Shown here: piece by piece, positions 1 to 13,165 of the stretch
Layout of the letters: each line of letters opens with the position of its first letter
Position numbering within the stretch: the stretch's first letter is position 1
NCBI GenBank assembly: GCA_050273025.1
Contig: CP158635.1
Location: 18,228,001 to 18,292,000 of the forward strand
Origin: Cenococcum geophilum
Taxonomy: Eukaryota
Direction: 5' to 3'
Length of the DNA stretch: 64,000 nt
The notes under the pieces: generated by a model
The model's input: only the letters and a program-made list of their open reading frames with translations
Told to the model about the DNA's origin: nothing
The model's database searches: none
Made by a program: the position numbers and the translations under genes

Positions 1-1200
1 TTTGATAAGAATTTATAGGCACTCTATAGTTGATTTTTTAGTGTTCTTATCGATTACAGTCCATAGCTTGGTCGCATTCCATTAGGTAAAAATATTACGC
101 TTATATTCTAGTCCTTTAAAGTAGTTGCGGGTGGCTTTATATAGCTTATTAAAGGGAACACTAAGGGGGTTGCTCTTAAGGTTAGTGTAGTAGTAGTTAA
201 GTGCTAGGCTGCGTAGTATAGTAGAGTAGGCTTAGCTAAACTCTTGTTTAGGAATGTCAGCCTTCTGGCAAAGGTCCGTAAAGATGGTTAGTTTAAAGTT
301 AAAATTGTCGTTTTTACTACTGTACTTAGATTTGTCGGTATAGAGCTTAGCTAGGTTAGCTAGCTCCTTACCATAGGTCTTTACTTAGGTGGCTTACGGA
401 TCTGTAACTTATAGATTTATGGCTTGTGGATATATAGCTTGCGGATATATAGCTTGCGGATATATAGCTTGCGGATCTGTGACTTAAATAATAGGGGTAA
501 TTTGGTCCGTAATTTGGTTTACAGGGGTGTTGTGGTCCGTATTTTGGGTTACGGGGGTATTATGGTCCGTAGCGTGGTCCGTAGCTTAAGAGTAGGGTAT
601 ATTTTAGCTAGTGAGGTTAATTCTAAAGCCGCTTGGGTTTATAGGGCGAATTTAGTTAAGTGGGTTAGGTATAAGGCTAGCGATCCCATTAAGTTTGGGA
701 GAAGTAAAGAGGTCTTTAGTGGCTTTAACCTGGTCTAGGATTTCCTCTTTAGTCCATTCTGTTTAGTCCTCCTCCTATATTGTGTTATATAAGGACCATA
801 TAATAGTAACTTATTTATCCTTTTTAACCCATATACCTTAATAACGTAAAAGGGTTTATAGGTTATGGATAGTAGTAGGGTTATAAGCCTTAAGAATAGC
901 TTCCGTAAAGTCCGCAAAGTCTTCCTTATATTACTCCCATAGGTCGTCGTTTAGAAGCTTATAGTATCCGTATTTAAGGATTTTGAAATTAATATAGTCG
1001 TTAACGCCGTCCGTAGACGTAAGGTTAACTCCCTAACTCCACTTCTTTTAACCTTTACTAATTTGCTTAGTTATATCTACCATATTATATAGCGTAGTAT
1101 ATCTATATAAGCCGTAGTGGGTAATAGTAGCTTATAGCGGGTGGAGGAGGTCTTATAATGGTCCGTAAAATCAATTAGCGGGTCCGTAACAGTTCAAGAG
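1..1200 (-). pseudogene. RIP-degraded gag of a fungal Ty1/Copia-like LTR retrotransposon (continues beyond window start)
   Basis: Minus strand ~370-170 reads LANLAKLYTDKSKYSSKNDNFNFKLTIFTDLCQKADIPKQEFS*AYSTILRSLALNYYYTNLK, matching the gag motif of ascomycete Copia-like elements as I recall it. An 18-bp coding repeat lies at ~390-485. Confidence 0.7.
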
Positions 1201-1526
1201 GTCTTATAGTAGTCCGTAAAGGCGATTAACGGGTCCGTAACGGTTCGTAGAAGGGTAGGGGGTCTCTGTAAGGGGTCTAAAAAGAGGTTGGGGGTATTAA
1301 GGGAGGGTGTAGTAGGAATAGGGGTTTAAGGTTTAAAGAGGTTAAGGGTAAGGGGTTCTATATAGGTCTATATTCGCGTTTATAAACTTCTAGTAAACTA
1401 TACTAAGACTTAAATAAGTATATAGAGTTAGTAATAAGTCCGTAATCCCTGACTTCTAACCTTCTAATAGGTTGTACTAGGAGTCTAAACGGGTGGTTGC
1501 TGTCGTATATATCGCTTGGGGGGAGG

Positions 1527-1795
1527 TGTTAAGTAATTGCTAATCTGTGCGCGCTTACTGATCAGTGTTCGTACTAATTTAATAGCACAAGTAAGTTGTA
1601 TCCACGGGCACGAAATACATGTAGTATCGTATGCTTGTTTAGATGGTGACTGTCAATTGTATAAAGTAGACTACGTGGTCTATATACTGATGCACCTCCC
1701 CCCTAATTAGTTAGTGCTTTATAAGTGCACTAAACGCGTACCTGGTGTACCGAACGCGTAAGCACACGGTTGGTATAATAGGTGCTATAATTATA
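1527..1795 (+). mobile_element. LTR remnant preceded by a polypurine tract (3' end of a + strand LTR element)
   Basis: PPT ggggggagg (1518-1526) directly precedes tgttaag. The sequence is less RIP-mutated than its flanks and cuts off the Plavaka ORF at ~1795. Right boundary is approximate. Confidence 0.5.
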
Positions 1796-2850
1796 CAGTA
1801 AGATATACCGGCTAGGCCAATTTATCACTATAGTATATTATTAGCTAGGTCTTATTAACTACTATAAGTATAGGAACTACTATAGCACCGCTAGGAAGCT
1901 TGCCTTATATCTTTTACCACTAATCACCGCTATATAGCTTATTATAAACATAGTGGTTTTCGGCATTATAGAGTCTCTTTAGTATATATACCAGTGCATC
2001 TTTAAAGGGTTAATGGCCAATTAGAAAGGTAATTACATTTATAATATCCTAATAAAGAATATAGTATTCCCTCTACTTAGAGCCTTTAATATTTAATTCC
2101 ACCTTACACTCTAATCGGAGCTATTATTTATCTTATATACTAAATAAAATAGCGGTAATTAGTTCTTCCTATTAATTTATAGATTGGAAGCTAAGTAGGC
2201 TATAAAGTAGGCTAAGGCGGGTGTCTTTAAGTAGTGCGTTAACGTCTCCCTTTATGCAGCGAATGCGGTACAGCTATATTAAAAAGGCGTAATTAAACTC
2301 TAAATAAAAAGGATTGTATAGTATACTTTGGCTATTATCGTATTATAATATAGTAATATCTAAAATTATCTAGCTAACTTACTACACATTATTATTAGTC
2401 TTGCATAAAATTGGTTTACCCGCCTTTATATTCTTAGTTGCTTTAAATATCTCTACTTTAAGTGATAATAATAACAATATAACGCTTTTCTAATATAGTA
2501 TACCGTACGGAGGCACTAGATAGGCATTCTACTTATATTCTACCGCCACCAAAGTATACTTGTTAGTATCCGTGTTTATACCGTCTAGTTATAATCGCGC
2601 GTTATCTAACCAGTAAAAGTAGTGGAATTAATCGCAAATTATAAGCAGTCGGGCCGTAATAAATATGCGAGTATTATATCTCTCTTTGCGTGCTTTTTTG
2701 TAGACGTGTTAGTGGCTAGGTAGCTGCCTTTTATAGCACCGTAGGTGTTAGTAAAGGCCGCCGTAACTCTTAGGGGTATAAGAACACCATAGACAGCTCT
2801 GCTGTATTATTGCTAATTATATATTAAACAATATAGTATTGTTTTTAGGC
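1796..2850 (-). pseudogene. Plavaka-type (CACTA-related) transposase, RIP-degraded, 3' truncated
   Basis: Minus strand ~1940-1796 reads LYSGD*W*KI*GKLPSGAIVVPILIVVNKT*LIIYYSDKLA*PVYLT, which restores to LHSGDWWW.MQ.KLP.GATVVP..I..DKTQL....GDKLAWPVYLT, the Plavaka core motif. Upstream it reads LEFNYAFLI*LYRIRCIKGDVNALLKD. Confidence 0.8.
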
Positions 2851-2964
2851 GTAAAAAGTGTGTGTTATAGTACTAACGGTTAATTGCCGGTATTTGATCT
2901 ATATGGGTGGCTTAGCTTTATAGCTGCTAAGAGTATACCTCTTATTTTTTCGCCAGAACTAGTT

Positions 2965-3272
2965 ACGCTAAAGCACAAGTATAACTAGCCTAACACCGAG
3001 TTTAAGGACTTAAAAGAGTCCAAGGCAGCCAAAATAGACGCTAAAGCGCAAGTATAACCAGCTTAACACTAAGTTTAAGAACTTAAAAGAGTCTAAGGCA
3101 GCTAAACTGGATGCTAAAGCACAAGTATAACTAGCTTAACACCGAGTTTAAGGACTTAAAAGAGCCCAAGGCAGCCAGAATGGACGCTAAAGCGCAAGTA
3201 TAACTAGCTTAACACTAAGCTTAACACCGAGTTTAAGGACTTAAAGAGTCTAAAGTAGCAGAACTGGACACT
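2965..3272. repeat. Tandem array of four 73-bp units
   Basis: The unit start a(c/t)gctaaagc recurs at 2965, 3038, 3111 and 3184. Confidence 0.9.
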
Positions 3273-3549
3273 GTGAACTAAAGACTCAATAGTACCCAAA
3301 AAACCTTTATCCGTCTAAACAACAATATATAGTATTCTTAGGCAATGGCTATAGGACCACAGTAACAGCGAAGATATTATTTACCACTAATGTTACAGAG
3401 CCCGACGATATTAGCTATCTAGACCTACAAATTCCATTATTTCTATATAAGCCATGACAAGAAAAAAAGGGAAGATTAAGGGTAGTACTAGTTGAGTTAA
3501 GATAACTAAATAAGTTAGTACTTAGAACTATAATATCTAGTCTTAGGTA

Positions 3550-4100
3550 TATAGAGTTCTAACTAATGTTTAACTTAAGCTGCCGCCCAAAAGTCTTATA
3601 TTTATCATTAGGGTAACGCTAGAGGGCTAGGCCGGATAATAGGTATCGGCAACAATATAGATGATTTAAAGCCCGCAAAGTAACTAAATAAAAAGCCTAT
3701 ATCTCGCAGGCTAACTACTTATCTTTAATAGCTTTTAAAAGTTTATTTCTAAAATTCCTTTTAATATCTCCGGTTTCCTATTAAACAGATATGTTAGCAT
3801 AAGCCTATATACTACTAGGGTGCGGAGAGCTAAAATATAGTTAGAGCTCTTTAAATGATTTGCCAGAAAAGAATAGGTTATTTAGGTCAGCCTATAGATC
3901 GGCCAGCTTAACCTTAATATCCTACCCTAGCTTACGAAGATTAGGGCTATCTCTACCCAGTATACTACCGTCGATCTGCGTATTAGTATCTCCCTTATTC
4001 GTAGCAGCTAAAGAGGCTTTAGGTATCTGGTCTCTAGAAGGCATTATAATACGGCTTTTAAAAGAGCCCGCTCCGAGCTAGGGTACCAGACGCTATATTA
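3550..4100 (-). pseudogene. RIP-degraded hypothetical protein
   Basis: Protein-like minus frame (MPSRDQIPKASLAATNKGDTNTQIDGSILGRDSPNLRKLG*DIKVKLADL*ADLNNLFF...) with RIP-type stops. No family recognised. Confidence 0.35.
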
Positions 4101-4556
4101 TAGGTAAAGCTTATAATAGTTGTATAAGGCGGGATACATTTCTAGGCAGTATGCGTTTAGAGAAATTGAGGCTGAGGTAAGCTTAATGTAGCTATATTTT
4201 TGAAGACAAAGAGGCTATAGTATTGGTTTAGGCGGCTATAAAAGTTTAAAAAATTAAGCGAACAATAGCAGGAAATAGAAGAAAAAGGCGCGTAAATAAG
4301 AGTACGGTGTTATAGGGCTAGAGTGACAACAGCTATATTATGGATGGCTCGACATATAATTCAGATTACGGGACCTATATATAAATAAGTCTAGCGAATA
4401 TCTTTAATATAAAGCGTAGTAGCTATAAGTAGGATCTAGGATACTAGTTTTAGGTTGTCTATATAGTAGATATAACAGCTTATCTAAAAAAAAGTTGCTT
4501 TATCGGTGACATAGCTTAAAAATAGGTTATACTTTAGGTAAAAGGGTATCCTAAAG

Positions 4557-4875
4557 CCTTATCTTACACTTATAGGATAAAATACCATATTATATTTTAC
4601 TTTGTTTTATACAATCTTAGACTTTTTATAATATCTTAAATCATCCCCTTACCTCTCTCTATTATACACTTTACCTTATCTTACACTTATAGAATAAAAT
4701 ACTATATTATATTTCACTTTTTTTTTTATATAATCTTGGACCTTTTATAATGTCTTAAATCATCCCCCTACCTCTCTCTACTATACATTTTACCTTACCT
4801 TATGCTCGTAAAATAAAATACCATATTATATTTCACTTTTTCGTACAATCTTAGACATTTTTAATGTCTTAGATT
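4557..4875. repeat. About 2.7 tandem copies of a ~118-bp unit
   Basis: ccttatcttacacttatag.ataaaatac.atattatattt...aatctt.gac...aaatcatcccc repeats from ~4557, ~4674 and ~4793. Confidence 0.8.
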
Positions 4876-5399
4876 GTCCTAAACTTATTCCTTAACCTCT
4901 CTAAAGCTGCTTTACTAACTAGTTATAATATAAAGAATAGAATCATCAGCTCTCTTATTATCATATATCTAGTCTAGTTGCTTAAGTATACCTACTAGGG
5001 CATCCATTATCCTATCTATAACTCTTTAGCTTCCTATATAATATATATAACAACTAATGTTCTAAGGCTTCTACTATAGATTACACTTATTTTTATATGC
5101 CTTGCTATTTATATCTTGCAATTTTATTTACTTAATTAGCAGCGCAAATCTTATATCTCATCTCGCCACGCACCTTTCGTTCCGTTTCTCACTCTAAGTC
5201 TTATATTTTATTCTACTGCCCATATTAAAGCTTATATCTCATCCTACTTCTTATATTAAGACTCGCATTCTATTCTATTTCTTACATCGCTCTTATATTA
5301 CTTTATTAGAATCCGCTATTATCTTAAGTTAATACCATTAGCACACCTTCTTATTATAACTGTCAGGATTATCTTATTAGATTATTACTAATTATCTAA

Positions 5400-8300
5400 T
5401 ATATTATCCGCTCTACTGTCTTTATAAGTTACTCCATACTATTCTATATAAAACTTTTACCCGCTTATAAATATATAGGGTCCTTAACTATAATAGCGGC
5501 GCTATACCTAAACTCTAGTTAGTACTTAACCACTATAACTAATAAGAACTTATTGTAAATAAGTGGTCCAAAGCTGCAGTAAGGACTCGCGATTAACGAA
5601 AAAACATATAAAGAAATCCTCTAATACTATGCTAGCGAAATCAACAAAGCGTCTAGCGGTAGGTTGCTAGTGTCCGGGCCTATACAAAATAGAGTTAAGC
5701 GCATAGTCTTTAACCTTCTCGATACTAAGTATAGGCACGTATTTAAGAGATCCGATCTACTATTAAAGTTTAAAGCTTTCACTGTCGCCGCTAAAAAATC
5801 TATATAGCGACACATAACGACCAACAGACGTAGAGGCGTAGAGGTTACGATAGCTAATATTATTTTAAAGTATGGCGGCTTATCTTCCAGAGAGCAGTCT
5901 ATTAACTTATCTAGATTAAGGGCAGCCTCTAAGGCTGCCTAGGTGCTTAGTAGTCTATCTATTAAAGTCCTATAATAGCTAAATACCACACCTACACTAT
6001 TCTATAAAATAAGTTTTGCTATATATAGTTACCTAGACAAAACGCCATTAAATGGGGCCCCCATTCCATACGGATTTATATTAAAAACTAAGCATAAGTA
6101 TCTATTATTCGATTCTCCAGAGAAAGTTAATATATATTACTATGGATATAATAAGCTATAGGCCGTAATAAGTATAAACTTCTCGGCGAATAAATACAGG
6201 GATGGCTGGGCTATAGTAGATCTGACTACCAGTATACTAATTCTCAACTATATAAACCTAGCATTTACGGTGCTTTCTATAAAGAAGGCTAGACTTAATA
6301 TAATTATAATTAGGGTTAAAAATCCCAATCAGATTATAAAGCGTAAAAGACTTTATAACTTATATAAGATTATATAATATTATATAGAGTTATCTAACGT
6401 ACGTTTATAGGTATAAGATTTAATAAGAGTACTTTTAAGTCCAACTCTAACCCTAATATTACACAACTAGTGCCGACTAGGAGAAGAATAGGCATACCTA
6501 CCCTAGGTTAAAGTAGTCACAAACAGTTAATTCTAGAGTCCACGCCACCTATATCTAAGCAGTTAAATCCAAAGCCTACGTTAACCCTAAAGTCCACGCC
6601 ACCTATACCTACTAGTGCATCATCAGCCGTATAGCCGGCTATAATCAAAACTGCTTATAGCTAAACCCATAGTAGTAAAGACTAGCCCCTACTAGATAAA
6701 TTAGAGCTCTTAAAAGGCGTAGATCTAGATAAAATATAAATATTTAAGATAATGCCATAGGATAAGATAAAAGGATAGTGTAATAAATAGCCAAAGTCTA
6801 ATCGCGAAATGTTTATCGATATATTATTTAAGGATATAAATAATAACCCTAACCTAATTTATATTAGGGAAATTAATCTTAACCGCATATAGGAGCGCCG
6901 CCACTTTAATGCCTTAATTAACCCTATTTTAACTAACAAGGAACTAGAAGATAAGCATAAGGATAGAATTAAGGAGGTTAATTAGGAAGTTAATTACCTA
7001 AAGGACGTGCGAGAAGCATATATTAACCTAATATTATAGGTAAAGGCGCTATAGTTCCTCTCGTTTTTATTAACTATTTATAACACTCTTTAAGATATAA
7101 CCTTCTACTTATATAGCATAAAAAAGGGTAAAGCTATATAGACATATTACCTGCTTAGTATTACCTATACTCTTTATAATTATACAGCCCTAGGTGGGAC
7201 CTTTCTTATAGATATAATAGGTTTAGGCAAGACACTTTAAATGCTCTTAATCTAGTATACCAGTGTGTTAATAACCAAAATTAACCTTAACTGGCTTAAT
7301 TAGAAAAATTAAGAAGGTAGAGATAAAAGTCTCTACCTTACCCTTAGTATAGACGAACACCCGCAGCCGCCTAACGCCCAATGCCTAAGTTAAATAGATG
7401 GCATGCCACAGTGCTATTATATTAAGAGAAGTATCACTAGAAATTTTCTTTACCGGCTAGTAGGACCAACTATATATATTACTAGACAGAATCTACTACC
7501 CTAAGCGGTTAAAGATATTAAATTATGGTTTAAAACCTTAGAACTAAATAATTATATTCCTAAAGGTAAACTATAAGTTCGCGTACGCCATTTGGCTTTT
7601 ATTAGGTCTAGTATAAAGAAGTATAATTTTATAGATAAAGATAAAGATATTCTTAAACCTATAAAATATAAAAGAGAAGGTAAGAAGATCTAGTAGATAA
7701 TAGACCTAAGATCGGCTTCGTATCTTATAATTATAACATTATAAACTTAGGTAATAACCTAGACCGCTTAGGAACAGTATAAAACTATTTTTAATCTCTA
7801 TAGAGACAGTAGTCCTCGTTATATTATTAGTAGGATTCTTACCAACAAGTTCTATATAGATAGGTTAGAGACAGGTTATCTAATAAAAATAGCCAAATAA
7901 GTGTATAATAATTAAGCAGTATTTCCTTACTTTTAACGCCCGGGCCTGTCTTACAAGGATAGCAATGGTAAAATAGCCTACTATACCTCTTAACCTTTAG
8001 TAGTGTTTACTTCCGGTATACTAACTAGCAAAGGTTTTATAAGTCTAATTCCCGCCTTAGAAATTTTTAGGGCCCTTAATTAGGCGGATTCCACAAATAC
8101 AAAATTAATTAATAATCGTAATATTAAAGCATTAATTACTTTTCTCTTCTAAATAAGGTTATTATGGGCTTTAAAAAATACTCCTCTTTAATTATAAAGA
8201 TCTTAATTATACGCAGGATAGGGGAAAACCGATGGTTTAATAGGAGGGTAATTAATAAGCTACCACTGGTCGTCTACTAAGACTACTATATAATAAACGA

Positions 8301-9310
8301 TTTAATATTTAAACCGTATATTAATAAGCTCTGGCGTGGAGTATTCCTAGATGCTTTTAAATAGCTAAATAAAGCCTTTAAACACTAGAAAGCTAAAGGA
8401 AGAAAAGGAGAAAAACCCGTCTTTAATATGGATTAATTTCTAGAGGGAGCCGGTCGCTTATTAAAAATTTTTACTATCTTTCTAGGCCTAGCTAAGGTAG
8501 GAGATAAGTAGTAGGATATATAGTAAAAGAATAAGGTAAAAGTTAGAACAAAGCTAAGGTGGACAGTTAATAAGTTTTATAGCAAAAAATAGGATAAACC
8601 TTTGGATAAGAATCCGCTTTAGAGGAATTAAAGCATAATTACTAACTCTAGGAAACTAAAGCTAATTATAAAATACGTTAATAAAGTACTTAAAAGGAAT
8701 CCTAATAAGAGACTACTCTTTAGTAGTTACGAACTAGCAGCATATACGCTATTACGCCTTATAAGTTAGCTATTAGACTAGTAGTAAACTATTACTAATA
8801 ATATAATATAGTATTTCTATAAAAGGCTTAGCCAGTCTAAATATTTAGCTATTCGCTAAATAGAGTCTAGGACATCCCTAAAAGACTAGGAGGACATCTA
8901 TAAAGCGTTTTATATTCTAATAGGCAGTCCTTACCAGAATAACATAGTTTAGTTTCTTATTATTAACCGAAGGGTTAGAGGAGAGGGTCTAAATTTGATC
9001 TCTATATATAGAGTCCATCTACTTAAACCGGCGATAACGGTAGATATAGAGGTGTAAGTATTTAGCCGGGCTGCTAGATCTAGACAGTTAGCGCTAGTAG
9101 TTACTATATTAACAATATATAGTACGGATAGGTAGAACCCAATTAATATAGTTATATTAGCGAGGCGTATAATAACTAAAAGGATAACGATTAATAAGTT
9201 CTATAAGATATTTAAAACCCAACCTACTTAGTAGGCTAATAATAATATAATAGAAATAGCGTAGCTAGTGTAGTTAGAGCAGCGATCCCCTATAATAAGA
9301 GTGTGTTTTA
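5400..9310 (+). pseudogene. SNF2-family helicase-like protein, RIP-degraded
   Basis: Motif I at ~7195-7245 reads GGTFLIDIIGLGKTL*ML (restores to GG.LAD.MGLGKTLQ). Helicase-C at ~8940-9100 reads V*FLIINRRVRGEGLNLISIYRVHLLKPAITVDIEV*VFSRAARSRQ (restores to GGEGLNL..A.RV.LLEP....E.QA.GR..R.GQ). A long protein-like N-terminal frame runs from ~5400. Confidence 0.8.
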
Positions 9311-9394
9311 GTATAATATATACATATATAGATAATATATAACTATTTAATATTTTATAATATATTATCTTAGTGTTAACTACTATATAGAAGT

Positions 9395-10468
9395 ATAGGC
9401 CACCTTATATATAGTACTAATATTACCCCACTAAAATACTTATAACTTAAGAACTACTATAATTATTTATATAAAATTTTAAATATGGCTTATTAAATAG
9501 TAATTTAAGCTTTTTATAAAATAAAAATTTAAAAATTTAGAGCTATTTATATATAGTTTTAAAAAACTTATAGCTTAATAACTATAATAGCTATTTATAT
9601 AAAAATTTAAATATAGCTTACTAATTAATATATTAAACTTTTAATATAATTAAAATAAAATACTATAAAATATTTTATAAAGAGTTTAACTTATTAATTA
9701 GTAAGCTATATTGGTTTTTATATAAATAGCTATTATAATTATTAAGCTATATATTAGCGACTTAGTTAATTAAGGCATAAGTACAGAAAGAGGAACGTGT
9801 AAGCCTATACGATTAGTAGTCTATAAACGAGGATCTAAAGCTAAAAAAAGGAAAGGAGAGGGCGGCGCCACTTAACGTTATATACAATCCTCTGGTCACA
9901 TGACGGCAAATGTTTAAAACCATCTAAAACTATATAAAACTGTCTGCGATTATCCGCTATAATCCACTAATATTTACTAGTTTCCACCAGCGTCGTAATA
10001 CTATAAGTATTTTAAAACTATATTTTAATATAAAATATAAAATAAAACTATATATAAAATAACTTTAAAATAAAGAATTTTTATTTTATAAAAAGCCTAA
10101 ATTACTATTTAATAAGCTATATTAAATTTTTTATATAAATAACTATAGTAGTTCTTAAGTATAAGTATTTTGGTAGGGTAATATAAGGTAGGACTGTCAC
10201 GGGACTCACACGCTCTCACGTCCCTGCGCGTTTTAACGTTCTTGACCCGTGCTCACGTTCGTCTCGAGACACCTACGCACGTTCCCCTATAACCCCTATT
10301 TATACCCAACCTGGCACACGAAGAATCTTCTTCTTTATCCAAAATGTCTCTGTATCAACCACGCATAGTTACGCGTACGTAGCCTTCTTTAATTACTACC
10401 CTGTTTAGTATATTGTATTCCAGCTCGTACCTACTTCCGTGACAAGGACCGTACACAAGGTAGCCCAT
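9395..10468. mobile_element. Foldback/MITE-like element with long terminal inverted repeats and a second internal inverted repeat
   Basis: 9421-9530 is the reverse complement of ~10075-10183, and the match extends outward past the solo LTR (ataggccaccttatatatagt vs atgggctaccttgtgtacggt). An inner inverted repeat pairs ~9570-9640 with ~9680-9752. Confidence 0.6.
10195..10444. mobile_element. Solo LTR (250 bp)
   Basis: Termini tgtcacgg...ccgtgaca with a perfect 5-bp TSD aggac at 10190-10194 and 10445-10449. Confidence 0.95.
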
Positions 10469-11339
10469 TCTAGAAAGTTTAAATTTAGTTTAGATTAATA
10501 TTACTCCGGCTACTAACTACTTTAACACCTATTAAGTAATCCAGCTTACTAACTCTCGTTCTTATATACATAAATAGTTCCTATTAAAGTATATCCTCTC
10601 TACTAATAGATTATATATATTTGCTATCTTTATTATTCCAAAAGCCTAATTAATACGTAAGAGGATCCTCCCGTTAGTAGTGGTTTTTAAGATCTTACTA
10701 TCCTATATAAAAACTTTTTACTACTAATAACTACTAGCTCCCACCCGCATACTATATAATATCTATATAAAATCCCTAACGGCGAAGAAAAGCGTACCCT
10801 AATTATTCTATTTAATCTACCTCCTACCTTTTTCCATAGGTGTAAGATATTAAATTAACCTATAATATAATACCAACTGGAATAATTGGCAAACCTAGCT
10901 CCGTTAGATAAATATACTTAATAATAAGAACTAAAACCCCGTTACTACTAAGCCTATTATACTGCAAAATAAAAGGGCTATTATTAATATTAGTACGTTT
11001 TAAACGCACTTTATTAGCCGGCACTAATAGATATAGGTTAATAGGCTACCTACTACTTTATATTTAACGGTTTTAAGAACAATAGGGTAAAACATACTGT
11101 TATTTATTATACTCTTACCGACTATAATAATTAATTTATTATAGGCTAGAAACTTAGCCTTAAACAAGTAAAAGGCAGACTTTTAGGATATATTAGACAT
11201 ATTATAGACAAAACCTTTATATAGCCTACCCGCATTAGAACACCTTAATAGTAGTACTATACCGTTAGATTTCGCTATTAGGCATTAAAGTAACCGAGCA
11301 ACCTTAAGTCTTTCCCTTGTTGCCCGACCCTAAGCCTTA

Positions 11340-11665
11340 TTACGTCGCTAAGACTCTTATATTATTAAGTTTTATTATATTACTAAGTATTATTACATTA
11401 CCGCTAAGCCTCATTATGTTGCCGAGCCTTATTGCATCGTTAAGTCTTATTACATTACCGAGTCTTATTACATCGCCGTTAAGCCTTATCATTTCGCCGA
11501 GCCTTATTGCATTGTTAAGTCTCATTACGCTGCCAAGTCTCATTGTATTGCCGTTAAGCCTTATTATGTCACCGAGCCTCATTACATTGTTAAGTCTTAT
11601 TACGTTACCAAGTCTCATTGCATCGCCGTTGAGCCTTATCACGTCATTAAGCCCTATTATATCGC
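11340..11665 (-). repeat. 18/21-bp tandem repeat, probably a coding repeat (RLGDVM/RLNGDAM) of a RIP-degraded gene extending to ~10500
   Basis: Unit lengths are multiples of 3, and the minus frame continues beyond the array into protein-like sequence (ERLKVARLL*CLIAKSNG...). Confidence 0.6.
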
Positions 11666-12849
11666 CGCCAAGCCTCCTAGCTAGATTGGGCAATTAGACG
11701 TCGCGAATTCAACTCCTAGGCGTGGCGGGTTTGATTCCTACTTATCGCGCATTAAAAATATCAAAAAAGAAGGTCATTTCCTATTAAATTAGGCGTTAGT
11801 AAGGCTCCAAATTAAGCTTATATTTTCGTACGTATCTCGCAACGCCTAAAGTCATACATTTAACGAAATCTCAGCACTATATACTAAGCATGTCGGCTCT
11901 TCTACGCTGATTTTTAATTATATTGGGCTAGCTCTAAATTAAAGCAAGAGGTAGAACATACCATACTACTACGCTATAAGGACTTTGGAATGTAATTTTA
12001 TAAATTTAACTAAATTATAACCCCTTCCTAAACCTTACAATCAAACCAGATCCTTAAGGAGAGATCCCTACATTAAATCTTAGGGAACGTTTAGTGGCGA
12101 CTTTAGATTAAATCTAAAGGCCCTAGAATATATCCGATCTAAAGCTTAAATCTAATTCTAATATAATCATTTAGTTAATCTGGCAACTTTCTAATCTAAA
12201 AGCTCCTCTAGATTAGTAAGCTATACTATATATAGAATCTAAACTAAGGTCTTAGTATTAGTTTAAATTAGGAGCTTAAAGCTTATCTAAAGCCTTATAG
12301 AAGGATCGACTTAATTTTAGATTTCATATTTTAGTAAGTAGTTGATCTACTATAGTCCAAAATCTTAGTCGTTAGAAATTTAGGGTGTCTCTATCACTAC
12401 AGTGGCAGAGGTACCTTAAGTTTAACACCACGCTAAGTATTATAACTTTCCTGCAGTAACCAAGCAATCCTAAATTAAAGTAATTGTAAAACTTACCATA
12501 CCACTACCTACAAAGGCCCTTAGTTATAGTCTTATAAATTTAATTAAAATATAAATACCTTCCTAAATCTCACAATTAAATATTTTTACGTGCAGCACTA
12601 TGCCAAGGATTATAATACAGATTGCTTAAACATAGCTTTACTACAATATAACGGCTCTACGCCAATTAATTAATCTACGGCTCTAAAATCTAGATCTATA
12701 ACACTAAAAACAAGCTCTAAGCTACTAATTTTATATTAACAGAATAAAACTTAGCAAGAGATTCGGGCAGTAAAATTACTGCTAAGAGTTACTGCCCGGA
12801 TCCTGGCCGATAAATACCCATAACCATAATCTTAGTAAATGGTAAAAGT

Positions 12850-13165
12850 ATATAGCAGTACCGAGACAATAGCAAGATAATATAAGACAATAATAAAACA
12901 ATATAACATAATGGCAGAACAATAATAGGACAATATAGCATAATGGTAGGACAATGGCAAGACAATATAATATAATGGTAGGATAATAACAGGACAATAT
13001 AACATAATAGTAGGACAATAATAGGACAATATAACACAATAGTAGGACAATAATAGGATAATATAACATAATGGCGGGACAATAGTAGGACAATATAGGA
13101 CAATATAATACAATGGCAGGACAATAGTAGGATAATATAAGATAATATAAAAACATAAAATATAA
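12850..13165. repeat. Degenerate short-unit array built on aggacaata/caatataaca
   Basis: Many ggacaat-type copies; the array produces the three overlapping spurious Y/C/L-rich ORFs in the track. Confidence 0.85.

Noticed and set aside
1518..1703. MITE defined by gggggaggtg / cacctccccc inverted repeat
   Set aside because: The match is only ~10 bp with no TSD; better explained as a PPT followed by an LTR start.
2965..3272. CRISPR-like regular repeats
   Set aside because: Whole units repeat with no unique spacers, and the context is eukaryotic with no cas genes.
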